Counted from the stretch's first letter, positions 54,117 to 63,493 are shown. The stretch is 64,000 bases of DNA from a virus (IMGVR_UViG_3300047445_000122), one strand, 5' to 3'. The notes: generated by a model not told the origin, from the letters alone. Made by a program: numbers and translations.

Positions 54117-54169
54117 GGTTGATATTGGTATAATAGCCCTAGACGGCTGGCCTTCGTTGATCATATAAT
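54117..54169 (+). promoter_or_regulatory. Box-type promoter, copy 3
   Basis: GGTTGATATTGGTA-N8-CTAGAC-N19-TATAAT; inverted box AATATCAACC at 54061-54070. Confidence 0.75.
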
Positions 54170-54200
54170 TCTCCTACGTCGAACAAACGCAGGAGCAAGA

Positions 54201-54665
54201 ATGATTAAGCAGGAATTGGAAGGGAATCTGTTGTCGCTGTTTGCCTCAGATCGCAGCACCCGCCCCTTCAACGCAATCGCCCACGGATGCAACTGCTTCC
54301 ACACTATGGGCGGTGGCATTGCCCGCCCTATCTCCCAGGCCTATCCTGAAGTCTTGGAAGCTGACCGACGCACCCGCTATGGCGTGGCCAACAAACTCGG
54401 CCAGTACAGCGCTGCTGCGACCCGCGATGGTATGGTGTTCAACATGTACACTCAATTCACTCCAGGTCTTAATGGTCGCCTCTGGGCAGTTGCCGAAGCC
54501 TTCAAGAAGGTCAACAAGGACATCGCTACCATGGGTATGGACATCACCCTGGGTATCCCACTGATCGGTTGTGGGATCGCCGGTCTGTCCTGGGAAGAGG
54601 TCAAGGAGCAGATCAACCTCAACACACCTGACGTCAACATCATCGTAGTACACTTCAAACCCTAA
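54201..54665 (+). CDS. Macro-domain protein (T4 Tk.4-like)
   Basis: IAHGCNCFHTMGGGIA, NMYTQ, PLIGCGIAGLSW. Confidence 0.88.
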   Translation: MIKQELEGNLLSLFASDRSTRPFNAIAHGCNCFHTMGGGIARPISQAYPEVLEADRRTRYGVANKLGQYSAAATRDGMVFNMYTQFTPGLNGRLWAVAEAFKKVNKDIATMGMDITLGIPLIGCGIAGLSWEEVKEQINLNTPDVNIIVVHFKP

Positions 54666-54682
54666 CTGAAAGGAACTGAATC

Positions 54683-55192
54683 ATGAACAAGAACATCCAC
54701 CTGCGCAACACCGACCGCTCCGGCAAACGTGTAAACAATGGCGGCGCCACCATCGTGTACATTGTCGACACCGAATCCAACGGTGACCGCATCGTCCACT
54801 TCGGTATCTCCATCTGCTCCGATAAGGACACCTACAACAAGAAGCAAGGTGCTGAGCTGGCCGCGACCCGCCTGGAAACCAAGACCAACGGTGGTTATGG
54901 TTCCTTTGACCTGCATGCTGAACTGTATGAAGGCGCCAAGATCATGGCTTCAAAAGCCAAGCAAGGTCTGTCCGGCGTGATCGATGAAGCGACCATCAAC
55001 GCCGCCCAGGAAGGCCTGACCAACCTGCTGTTCGCTGAACTGAAGCGCGGTCTGCTGTCCTCGAAGCTGGAACAAATCGTGATCCACCGTGTGACCCGCA
55101 GCGAAGCCTGGCGCGCCCTGAACCCGTTCACCCAAGCCAAGGCGGCGCGTCAAGCCATCAACCAAGGCGACAACTGCTGCAATCAACTGTAA
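54683..55192 (+). CDS. Hypothetical protein
   Basis: G.SICS.KD.YNKK.G...A..RL phage motif. Confidence 0.75.
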   Translation: MNKNIHLRNTDRSGKRVNNGGATIVYIVDTESNGDRIVHFGISICSDKDTYNKKQGAELAATRLETKTNGGYGSFDLHAELYEGAKIMASKAKQGLSGVIDEATINAAQEGLTNLLFAELKRGLLSSKLEQIVIHRVTRSEAWRALNPFTQAKAARQAINQGDNCCNQL

Positions 55193-55647
55193 TGGCCATG
55201 AAATCTCTGACCTTCAAGAAGGATTCCTGGCACTACAAGGCGGCGATGTTCGTCTTCGACAGCTGGCAAATTCCAAATGACCTGTGCGGTTATGTGCGTC
55301 ATGTGATCTGGGGCGGCTTGATGTTCATCCTGTTGATGTCCTTCTGTGCTGCTCTTGCTTGTGGCGTTGGTTACCTGCTGTGTATGTGGCTCCACTGGCT
55401 GTTCCAAATGATCAGCACCATGAGCTTCATCGCTCCGTCCGATGAAGCGGTGATTGTGAACGTCATCCTGGGCGTCATCGCTGCTTGTGGAGCTGCCATC
55501 TTGGCGATCAAGCTCATCGTGGACTACAAGAACGACATGCGCCAGAAGCGCTATGAGGAAGGCTATGTGGAACCTGAGCCTGGTTTCCTGCGTGTCGCAT
55601 ACCGCTCCTTCAAAGACAAGACCTGCTTCAAGATCAACCTGGTCTAA
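55192..55647 (+). CDS. Membrane protein (2 TM)
   Basis: Hydrophobic segments; coupled. Confidence 0.75.
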   Translation: MAMKSLTFKKDSWHYKAAMFVFDSWQIPNDLCGYVRHVIWGGLMFILLMSFCAALACGVGYLLCMWLHWLFQMISTMSFIAPSDEAVIVNVILGVIAACGAAILAIKLIVDYKNDMRQKRYEEGYVEPEPGFLRVAYRSFKDKTCFKINLV

Positions 55648-55667
55648 GACCAAAACTGAAAGAACAC

Positions 55668-56384
55668 ATGAAACACAATACCAAAGTTATCCTGCGCGCT
55701 GACCTGTCCACTTTCGAGCGCGACCGCAACCCATCCTACTTCGATCTGGTGGAACAAGCCTTCATCGCTCAAAACATCATGGTGGTGTCCGGCAATCCGA
55801 TGTACAATGCCCATGGCATGCACCTGACCCCGGTGGTTGGTGTTCCTGGTCAGATCGAAGAAGGCCTGGATCAAGTGTATGTTCCGACTCACTGGCTGCG
55901 TGAAATGACGATGTCGGAAGGCGTGGGCTTGACCAACGCCACCTTCGGCAACAACCCAATGGATCCAGAAGACATGGACTGGGACAAGCTGGAAGCTCAA
56001 GCCAAGCTGATCCAGGAGGAACTGAACGAAGTTCTGGAAGCCATCCAGAACGGCGACCGCAAGATGCTGCGCGACGGCGTGTCTGACGTCCTGGTGACTG
56101 CCATGGGCCTGGGTTATCGCGCCTCCATCAACATGGAAGAAGACATGGATCTGGTGTTGGAATCCAACCTGTCCAAGGTCTCGAAGACCGTGGAAGATGC
56201 CCACGCCACCCAAGGTCACTACACCCAAGTGGTAGGCATCAAGACCCGCCTGGAAGAGTGCCCAACTCTGGCCGGCATCGTGGTGAAGGTGGACGGTGAG
56301 CAGGTGGGCATCGACGGCAAGACCTACCCTGACGGCAAGTTCCTGAAGTGCCGTGTGTCGTTCCGCGAACCGGCCTTCAACTGA
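55668..56384 (+). CDS. MazG/PRA-PH-like NTP pyrophosphohydrolase
   Basis: LIQEELNE, DGVSDVLV, V.ESNLSK, DGK.LK. Confidence 0.8.
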   Translation: MKHNTKVILRADLSTFERDRNPSYFDLVEQAFIAQNIMVVSGNPMYNAHGMHLTPVVGVPGQIEEGLDQVYVPTHWLREMTMSEGVGLTNATFGNNPMDPEDMDWDKLEAQAKLIQEELNEVLEAIQNGDRKMLRDGVSDVLVTAMGLGYRASINMEEDMDLVLESNLSKVSKTVEDAHATQGHYTQVVGIKTRLEECPTLAGIVVKVDGEQVGIDGKTYPDGKFLKCRVSFREPAFN

Positions 56385-56386
56385 TC

Positions 56387-56776
56387 ATGTCGATCAACCA
56401 ACCGAAGATTGATGATCCAGTCATCCTGGACATCCAGAAGCGGATGGCGTTGTTGCAACAGGAGGCGATGGATCATGCACTGTCCCAGCTTCCTGTGTAT
56501 GACGCCAAGCTGATCGGCTACGGGCCTGAAGGCAAGGAGTCGATTGCTGAGATGAGCGGTGACTTCCGCCTGGACTATGTCCATGAAGCAGCATCCAACC
56601 TTCAAATGGCCCGTTCCTTCTTGACTGAAGGGTTGGGTCCAAAGGAGGCGCGTGAGACAGCCGCCCGGATCACTCGTGTGTTGCTGGTGATCGACTGCGG
56701 GAAGAAACCTGAGCCAGAGCCTCAAGTTGATCAACCTCCGCCAACTCCGGTCTCACCAGACCCAGCAGTAGCATAA
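56387..56776 (+). CDS. Hypothetical protein, Pro-rich tail
   Basis: Follows MazG-like gene; terminator 56777-56812. Confidence 0.7.
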   Translation: MSINQPKIDDPVILDIQKRMALLQQEAMDHALSQLPVYDAKLIGYGPEGKESIAEMSGDFRLDYVHEAASNLQMARSFLTEGLGPKEARETAARITRVLLVIDCGKKPEPEPQVDQPPPTPVSPDPAVA

Positions 56777-56821
56777 CAAAAGCCCCTGGTAACTCCAGGG
56801 GCTTTTTCTTTTTCCCGAAAT

Positions 56822-56853
56822 CACTTTACTTTCTCAACTACCATCAGTATAAT
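56822..56853 (+). promoter_or_regulatory. Early promoter
   Basis: CACTTTACT-N17-TATAAT. Confidence 0.85.
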
Positions 56854-56886
56854 ACTTGATATTGGAATTCACTGAAGGAGAACTAT

Positions 56887-57234
56887 ATGCTGAAAAAGAA
56901 ACATGTCAAGGAACTGACCAAGCTCTTCAAGCATGTCAAGAAGTTGTTGGAAGATCAAGCCGCATATGAGAACCGCCTGGCGACTGATCCTGAGTTCCGC
57001 CGACTGGTTGAAGAAGCTCAAGTGAGGCTGGTAGCTCGCAAGCGTCAAGAGCAGATCGAAGCTCAAGAACGCGCTGAACAAGACTTCCACGACACCCTTG
57101 AAAGCAGTGAATTCCGGCGAGAGGTTGTACAGGCTCTGATGAACCAAGAGGGTCTGACTGAAGAAGTGGCGATGAACCGCACCAATAGTAAGGCAAGGCT
57201 GTACCGCGAAGCAATTAAACATCACATCATCTAA
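56887..57234 (+). CDS. Hypothetical early protein
   Basis: AAGGAG SD. Confidence 0.75.
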   Translation: MLKKKHVKELTKLFKHVKKLLEDQAAYENRLATDPEFRRLVEEAQVRLVARKRQEQIEAQERAEQDFHDTLESSEFRREVVQALMNQEGLTEEVAMNRTNSKARLYREAIKHHII

Positions 57235-57245
57235 TGGAGCAATAT

Positions 57246-57563
57246 ATGAACACCCATGGAAACTACAACACCGGAAACTTCATGTTCCACCGTGAAAACA
57301 AGACCTTCATTGCGGAGTTGTCTGAGTTGGGCCTCCCTCCGGGGATCAGCCCACTGACGACTGTGGTTGAAGAGGGCGTGCCAAATGTAGGGATCGTCAT
57401 GATCAGTGATCTGACCGGCGCGACCGTTCACTTCAAGCTGGCAAAGGTTGATCAGAACGGTTCCCAGGCTGACGTTGATGGTTGGAACTTCGAGCCCACC
57501 AAAGAATCCAAGGAACAATACCCAGGCTGTATCGGTGTAAAAGTGCTCCTGATCAACGACTGA
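57246..57563 (+). CDS. Hypothetical protein
   Basis: GGAG SD before ATG 57246. Confidence 0.7.
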   Translation: MNTHGNYNTGNFMFHRENKTFIAELSELGLPPGISPLTTVVEEGVPNVGIVMISDLTGATVHFKLAKVDQNGSQADVDGWNFEPTKESKEQYPGCIGVKVLLIND

Positions 57564-57634
57564 TCCCGCTCCCCTCTCTGGTAACCTCAAGGCCCGCATG
57601 GGCCTTTTGGTGTTTCTAAAAATATTTTCCGAAA

Positions 57635-57667
57635 CCACTTTACTTTCTCAACTGCTTGGTCTATAAT
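57635..57667 (+). promoter_or_regulatory. Early promoter
   Basis: CCACTTTACT-N17-TATAAT. Confidence 0.85.
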
Positions 57668-57709
57668 CTCTTCATTGGTAGCGTAACTCAACTGAAGGAG
57701 AACTAAAGC

Positions 57710-58591
57710 ATGACCGATAAAGACAAGATCATGGACCGCATCGCCAAGCTGTTGCGGATGTCCAAAGACGCCTCCAGCCCGGAAGAAGCAGCAATTGCGG
57801 CGAAGCGTGCCCGTGTGCTGATGGACCAGCACCAACTCCACGAAGGCATGATTGACCTCGCCAACAGCCGCTTCAAGGAGGAAATGGACAAGCAGAAGTA
57901 CGGCGAGTGGGATCCACCAAAGTGGTTCGTGAAAATCTGCGTCGCCCTGGCCACCTACAACGATTGCCAGGCTGTGTACGACGCCAAGAAGTACGTGTGG
58001 TTCAGGGGCTTCAAGTCCGATGTCGCTGTTTGCGTATCCATGGCCCGTTACCTGATCAACCGCGTGTACAGTATCTCGGACAAGTACATCGCAGATATCG
58101 TGGCGAGCACTGGCTCTAAGCCTTCCCGTAACCTGTGTGATGCGTACCGCAAGGGGATGATGAAGAATCTGTGCGACCGCCTGTATGAGATGACTGAGGA
58201 GCGCAACAAGTCGGAAGAAATGGTGATGTCCTCCGGCACCTCACTGGTGTTGATCAAGTCCAACCAAGTGACTGAACACTTCGGTGTGGCGAACTATGTA
58301 CGCACCCCAAACAAGATTTTCGGCAACCACGACAGTGCTTACAGCCGTGGCTATCGTGACGCTGACCAGATCGGCCTGAACACCCAGATCGAAGCCGGGG
58401 CGAAGGGCAAGGACAGCGGCGCTGTGAAGTTACAAGACAAGCGTCAGTTGGTTGAGTTCCGGGACGTAGTTCACAATGTCTGGAAGTTTGAAGTGAAGGA
58501 CGGTGACCTGCGTCCTGTTGATCAAGTTGGCGCGATCCCGGCTGAAGTAGTTGAGCAAATGATCAAGTATCTCAAGACGAACAAGGGTTGA
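57710..58591 (+). CDS. DUF2786-domain protein
   Basis: KIMDRIAKLL....SSPEEAA.A...A..LM.QH. Confidence 0.85.
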   Translation: MTDKDKIMDRIAKLLRMSKDASSPEEAAIAAKRARVLMDQHQLHEGMIDLANSRFKEEMDKQKYGEWDPPKWFVKICVALATYNDCQAVYDAKKYVWFRGFKSDVAVCVSMARYLINRVYSISDKYIADIVASTGSKPSRNLCDAYRKGMMKNLCDRLYEMTEERNKSEEMVMSSGTSLVLIKSNQVTEHFGVANYVRTPNKIFGNHDSAYSRGYRDADQIGLNTQIEAGAKGKDSGAVKLQDKRQLVEFRDVVHNVWKFEVKDGDLRPVDQVGAIPAEVVEQMIKYLKTNKG

Positions 58592-58651
58592 TGGTTCCGG
58601 GAGACCGGGGATTGACAGTATAATCCTCTGGTCTCCACTCAAAGGAACCAA

Positions 58652-59170
58652 ATGAAATTTCACGAAACTACCTTCCACATCGATTGGCCTGAAGTCATCA
58701 AGGGCTTGGCCAATCTGTCAATTGAAAAGCAGTACCTCTTCCACCGCCGCACCGGCGATCCCTCCACATCCTTCATGGCTGAAATCAGCGCTGTGCGCTT
58801 CGGCGGCGGTCGCCAATCCGGTATGACCAAGGCAGCTCTGGAAGCGGCAAAGCGCAACAACTGGCTCTTCATTGCCGACATGAGGTCCACTGAGAGCATC
58901 GTGCGCTCCAACCCTGACTACTACCCACGCCTGGGTGACATCGCCACCCTGGACTTTACCCAAGCCCTGAACATTGGCATTCCTGTCGGCGCTTTCATCC
59001 GCATGCCGCGTCCCGATGAGCTGGTGAAAGCCCCTCAAGGGATCATCATCGACGCCTCCAACCTGATCAAGTACAGTGGCCTCCAGTTCCACTACGCCAT
59101 CGTCAACGCTCTGAACACTGTGTTCCTCGGCAAGGACTTCCGCAACTTCCCAATCGTCATCCTGGGGTAA
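58652..59170 (+). CDS. Hypothetical protein with degenerate P-loop-like motif
   Basis: GGRQSGMT; AAAGGAAC SD. Confidence 0.7.
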   Translation: MKFHETTFHIDWPEVIKGLANLSIEKQYLFHRRTGDPSTSFMAEISAVRFGGGRQSGMTKAALEAAKRNNWLFIADMRSTESIVRSNPDYYPRLGDIATLDFTQALNIGIPVGAFIRMPRPDELVKAPQGIIIDASNLIKYSGLQFHYAIVNALNTVFLGKDFRNFPIVILG

Positions 59171-59174
59171 TCAC

Positions 59175-59798
59175 ATGGCTCAATTCCCGAAGAAAGGCTC
59201 AGTGGTTATCGACAAAGAAACGCTGGGTAAGTGGGACGATGCAGTGATCCTGTCCATCGGCCTGACATATCTCAGCGACGTTGACTGCGCGCTTCCTAAC
59301 CTGTCCTACACAGACATGCTCCAGCGCTCCGTTGAGTTCAAGCTCGATGTGCGCTCGCAAGTGGCTCTGGGTCGCACTGTCGACAAGAGCACGATGGAAT
59401 GGTGGCAACGTCAAGGCGAGTCCGCATCCAAGGTTCTGAAGGCATCGCCGGAAGACATCCCAGTTCACAACATCTTCCCGGCTATCGAAGCCTGGCTCAA
59501 GTCCAAGGGTGTGACCTGGAAGGAAGTGCGCTGGTTTGACCGCAACGCTTTCGACATGAAGAAGCTGCAACACCTCCATGAAGTGACCCTGAACCTGGGC
59601 AACCAGCCACCATGGGACTATCAAGAGGTGTGGGGCATCGAGACCATGTTGAAGTTCATGAGCCAACACCAGAATCGCTATGGCGCCATCAACCCATACC
59701 ACTTCAAAGACCCGGCCTTTGTGTATCACTCCGCAGCCTGCGACGCTGCCCTGGACATGTATCGCTACTACCTGTTGTTCCAGGAAGGTGAGGCATGA
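59175..59798 (+). CDS. dexA: DEDDh 3'-5' exonuclease (DexA-like)
   Basis: IDKETLG...AVILSIG, FD, PWDY, H.A..DAA.D. Confidence 0.8.
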   Translation: MAQFPKKGSVVIDKETLGKWDDAVILSIGLTYLSDVDCALPNLSYTDMLQRSVEFKLDVRSQVALGRTVDKSTMEWWQRQGESASKVLKASPEDIPVHNIFPAIEAWLKSKGVTWKEVRWFDRNAFDMKKLQHLHEVTLNLGNQPPWDYQEVWGIETMLKFMSQHQNRYGAINPYHFKDPAFVYHSAACDAALDMYRYYLLFQEGEA

Positions 59799-60118
59799 TC
59801 GGCTTCTTCAAGATGGTTGAACGCGCCGCTGTCCTGATTGGCAACAAGAAGGCAGACCAACCCAAGATCATGCTCAGCCTGACTGAGGAGGTTGGTGAGC
59901 TTGCCCAAGAGGTGAAGATTGCCCAAGGTCTGCGCACTGGTCCCCATGGCAAGGACGGCGTTGTTGGTGAGGCCATTGACGTGATCCTCTGTGCCCTGGA
60001 TGTGATCCACACCGAAGTCGGACACCTGGATGAACAAATCCTCATTGACGTCGCAGAGCCCAAGTTGTTGAAGTGGCTCAAGAAAACTGGCAACTACGAC
60101 AAGTTGCTATTCAATTAA
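59795..60118 (+). CDS. MazG-like protein
   Basis: L.LTEEVGELAQE...GEAIDVI.CALD. Confidence 0.8.
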   Translation: MIGFFKMVERAAVLIGNKKADQPKIMLSLTEEVGELAQEVKIAQGLRTGPHGKDGVVGEAIDVILCALDVIHTEVGHLDEQILIDVAEPKLLKWLKKTGNYDKLLFN

Positions 60119-60170
60119 TGACCTTGGGTTGACGGTATAATAGCCGTCATCCAACCAAAAGGAGAACTGA

Positions 60171-61598
60171 ATGCTGTATGATCTGATTAAATCCCTGCAA
60201 GTGACCAAGGGTACCAACAACAAGCTGGCGATGCTCCAGCAAAACAAAGACAACTCTGACCTGAAGTCGTTCCTGAAGGCTGTGTATGAGCCCACCTTCA
60301 GCTACTACATGACCGAACTGCCTGAAGGTGCGGTCTATGGTAATTATGAGGAAGGCGAGGTCATGATGGACCTGATCGCGGATACCGCCGTGGCTCTGGC
60401 CAAGCGTGAGTACACCGGCTTCGCAGCCAAGCAGTTCGTCAACGCCCAAGTCCGCAAGATGAACAAGCAGACCCTGGAGCTGTTCCAGATGCTGATCAAC
60501 CGCGACGTCAAGGCCGGTATCGCCACGACCGCGATCAACAAGACCTGGCCTGGCCATGTGACCGTGGTTCCGTATCAGCGCTGTGTACTGCCAAAGGATT
60601 CCAACGTGGCCAAGTGGGCATGGGGTCAACCTGGCTTCTTCGCCTACAGCGACATCAAGGCTGACGGCATGTATGCCAACGTGAACGTGGGTACTGTTAC
60701 CAACAGCGAAGGCAGCGCCCTGAGAGCGGCCATCACCTCCCGCAACGGCTCCGTGTTCCCGCTGGGCTCCTACTTCGACAAGATCGTGGCTGACGCTCTG
60801 GCTGTCGCCGGCAACCTGTACCCAGGCGATACCCAACTGCAGGGTGAACTGCTGGTGAAGCTGAACGGCGTCCTGATGCCTCGTGAAAAGGGCAACGGCG
60901 TCCTGAACTCCATCCTCCAGACCGGCGAACATCCAGGCGAAGGATATGAGTTCATCATGGCAGTGTGGGATGCGATTCCGTTCAGCCAAGCGCAAGCCAA
61001 GGTCAAGTACCTGGTACCACTGCGCGAGCGCCGTGCGAAGCTGGAACAAGCCATGTCCGCAGCCAATGGCGGTCTCCAGATGATCAAGTACAAGATCGTC
61101 ACCACCAAGAAGCAAGCTGCTGAGCACCTGCTGGAAGCCTGGGCCAATGGCGAGGAAGGTACGATTGACAAGCACTCCGAAGCCATCTGGCTGGACGGCG
61201 ACAACAAGGATCAAGTCAAGGGCAAGCTGGAGTTCACGGTTGAACTGATGATCGTGGGCTTCAAGGCAGGCGACAAGAACAGCAAGCACAAGGACTCATT
61301 CGGCTCCCTGCTGTGCCAGTCCTCCGAAGGCTTGCTGGAAGTTGGTGTGACGGGTATGTCCGATGCCCTGCGTCTGGAACTGTACACCAAGCGCGACTAC
61401 TACACTGGCAAGATCGTGTCCGTGACCGCCAACGGTATCATGTACAGCCAGGACGGCGGCAAGACTAAACACAGCCTGTTCCTGCCGCGCCTGAACGAAG
61501 TGCGCCTGGACAAGTCTGAAGCCGATTCCTTCACCCGCATCGTGGCAATCCAAGAAGCGGCCAAGGCAGGCGAGGAACTGCAAAAGGCTGGTGCCTAA
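60171..61598 (+). CDS. gp30: ATP-dependent DNA ligase (gp30)
   Basis: DIKADG (adenylated Lys), QGEL, EEG.I.K, K.K...VEL.IVG, LFLPR. Confidence 0.93.
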   Translation: MLYDLIKSLQVTKGTNNKLAMLQQNKDNSDLKSFLKAVYEPTFSYYMTELPEGAVYGNYEEGEVMMDLIADTAVALAKREYTGFAAKQFVNAQVRKMNKQTLELFQMLINRDVKAGIATTAINKTWPGHVTVVPYQRCVLPKDSNVAKWAWGQPGFFAYSDIKADGMYANVNVGTVTNSEGSALRAAITSRNGSVFPLGSYFDKIVADALAVAGNLYPGDTQLQGELLVKLNGVLMPREKGNGVLNSILQTGEHPGEGYEFIMAVWDAIPFSQAQAKVKYLVPLRERRAKLEQAMSAANGGLQMIKYKIVTTKKQAAEHLLEAWANGEEGTIDKHSEAIWLDGDNKDQVKGKLEFTVELMIVGFKAGDKNSKHKDSFGSLLCQSSEGLLEVGVTGMSDALRLELYTKRDYYTGKIVSVTANGIMYSQDGGKTKHSLFLPRLNEVRLDKSEADSFTRIVAIQEAAKAGEELQKAGA

Positions 61599-61858
61599 TG
61601 GAATGGGTTTTCGCCTTCATCCTGTTCGTTGGAGTGGGATACATCACAGCTATCAAGTTGTACTGGTGGATCCAGATTCTGGCGATTGCGGGCGGAATTA
61701 TGTGGATTAGTCGCAAGACGGAAGGCCTGGAGGGAGTTCTGTACATCATCCCTCTTGCGTTCTTCATCTTCGGTCTCCTGATCGGTGATATCGCTTGGTT
61801 GATCAACCACGGCGATTCAGGTGTCGTATCCTCAACCCTCAACTGGCTGAAACCATAA
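61598..61858 (+). CDS. Small membrane protein
   Basis: About 3 hydrophobic segments; coupled. Confidence 0.7.
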   Translation: MEWVFAFILFVGVGYITAIKLYWWIQILAIAGGIMWISRKTEGLEGVLYIIPLAFFIFGLLIGDIAWLINHGDSGVVSSTLNWLKP

Positions 61859-62154
61859 TGCTCAACAACGGTGAACACTTGTTGATCACCTTCCGGGAGG
61901 GAAAGGCTCAAGCATTCGGCCTCCCCTCCCACCGCATCGCCGTTTGGCCAAGCAAGCTACCACGACAATTCATCCGCCTCGTTGCTGATGCTCTGTCCGT
62001 GGTGGCTGTCAAGGTCGCAGGGTGCTGCGTGAAGGAAGTCAACGTCATCAAGGATCGTGAAGCTCAACCATTCCTGAACATCGACATCCGCGATTGGTCC
62101 AACGAGCACCAAGATCAACTCATCAAACACTACTTCCCAGAACACCAGCTATGA
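61858..62154 (+). CDS. Hypothetical protein
   Basis: TAATG coupling at 61856-61860. Confidence 0.65.
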   Translation: MLNNGEHLLITFREGKAQAFGLPSHRIAVWPSKLPRQFIRLVADALSVVAVKVAGCCVKEVNVIKDREAQPFLNIDIRDWSNEHQDQLIKHYFPEHQL

Positions 62155-62732
62155 TGCCTAATGTCCGTGAAACACAGCAAGACGCCTTCGCCCTCCATCT
62201 GCTCTTCCGGGCCTGGAATTTCCACATGACCAATCCTGAATATGACGCATGGATCAACAACTTCCATGTCCGCCAGGATTTCAAGACGTTCCTCATCAAC
62301 TCCAAGCGCCAAAACAGCCCGGAGAATGAGGCTGTGCGTTGTGTCCTGTGGTTATCCGGGAAGGGAGTGAAGCGTGAGGACTTCCGCGACTTCGTTGTCA
62401 CGGCATTCGACACCCCAACCACTTCGATCCTGAACAAGCGTGAAGAGCGGTTGACTAAGTTCAAAGCGTACAAGGATGGCCACTACCGTTCCGTTGGGAC
62501 GGATGGGAGCGACTTCATCATGGTCAACGGCATCCCTGTGATCATGGCGAACGTCGCCCACCAACACTGGTCTCCTATCCTGGCTGCGGCCGCTCTGTCC
62601 AATTCCGGGAGCTGGGAACGACTCTGGTCCATGAAGGATCAATCCCACTTCATGTTCGACATGGTCTGGGCTAAACTCCACAAATACAAACCTCTCTTTG
62701 AAGGACTCAATGACAACACAAACAGCAGCTGA
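62151..62732 (+). CDS. Hypothetical protein
   Basis: ATGA coupling; phage codon use. Confidence 0.7.
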   Translation: MMPNVRETQQDAFALHLLFRAWNFHMTNPEYDAWINNFHVRQDFKTFLINSKRQNSPENEAVRCVLWLSGKGVKREDFRDFVVTAFDTPTTSILNKREERLTKFKAYKDGHYRSVGTDGSDFIMVNGIPVIMANVAHQHWSPILAAAALSNSGSWERLWSMKDQSHFMFDMVWAKLHKYKPLFEGLNDNTNSS

Positions 62733-63318
62733 TTTGAACAAGCCGTTGGACCCAATCCGGTTTCACGGCGTAATGTTCGACCTCACCGGTCAGATTCCTA
62801 CCATGGTCAACGTCAAGCCTGACGAAGATGGCAAGCCTGTCATGATCTATGACCTGGATGGTACTCTGGCCGATGACACCCACCGCCGTCACTTCGTTGA
62901 AGGCGACAAGAAAGACTACATCAAGTATTACTCCCTCATCAAGAACGACAAGCCGAACTGGCCTGTGGTTGAGGAGTTGGTACGCGATCAAATGGGCGGT
63001 GCCACCATCGTGGTCATCACTGGTCGCGAGGACACCTACCTCATGTCCACCCTCCAACAACTGTATCAGTTCCAAATTCACGACCTCGTGAGTTGCATCC
63101 TGATGCGTCCTACCGGGAACTACACCAAGGCAGCAGACTTCAAGCGCAGCGCCATCGGACTGCTTGCGCAAGACGGTATGGCCATTGCCAAGGTTGTGGA
63201 CGACTCCCCTGAAGTCCGTGCCATGGCAGAGGAACTGAAGCTGGTCGCCGTCGATCCGGCTGAGCTGATCCTGGACGACAAGGCTCCGCGCCTGATCCTC
63301 CCTCCAGGAGTACGGTGA
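62710..63318 (+). CDS. HAD-family 3'-phosphatase (PseT/PNKP C-terminal-like)
   Basis: YDLDGTLAD, ITGRE, LMRP.G, VDD...V..M. Confidence 0.85.
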   Translation: MTTQTAADLNKPLDPIRFHGVMFDLTGQIPTMVNVKPDEDGKPVMIYDLDGTLADDTHRRHFVEGDKKDYIKYYSLIKNDKPNWPVVEELVRDQMGGATIVVITGREDTYLMSTLQQLYQFQIHDLVSCILMRPTGNYTKAADFKRSAIGLLAQDGMAIAKVVDDSPEVRAMAEELKLVAVDPAELILDDKAPRLILPPGVR

Positions 63319-63452
63319 TGGATGCCAGCTGTGGACTCTCTAAGCAGTTCCGGCTGGCTGCGGGCGTGATCGCCCTCTTGATCGTTGTTTGTGTCGCGAC
63401 GACGCAGATTGTACAAACGGTCAACACTGGTGGATACCCTCTCGCCAGATAA
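63318..63452 (+). CDS. 44-aa single-TM microprotein
   Basis: GGAG SD and TGATG coupling; AAGVIALLIVVCVA. Confidence 0.5.
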   Translation: MDASCGLSKQFRLAAGVIALLIVVCVATTQIVQTVNTGGYPLAR

Positions 63453-63493
63453 CACGAAAGCCCTGGTCACAAGCCAGGGCTTTTGTTTTGTAT

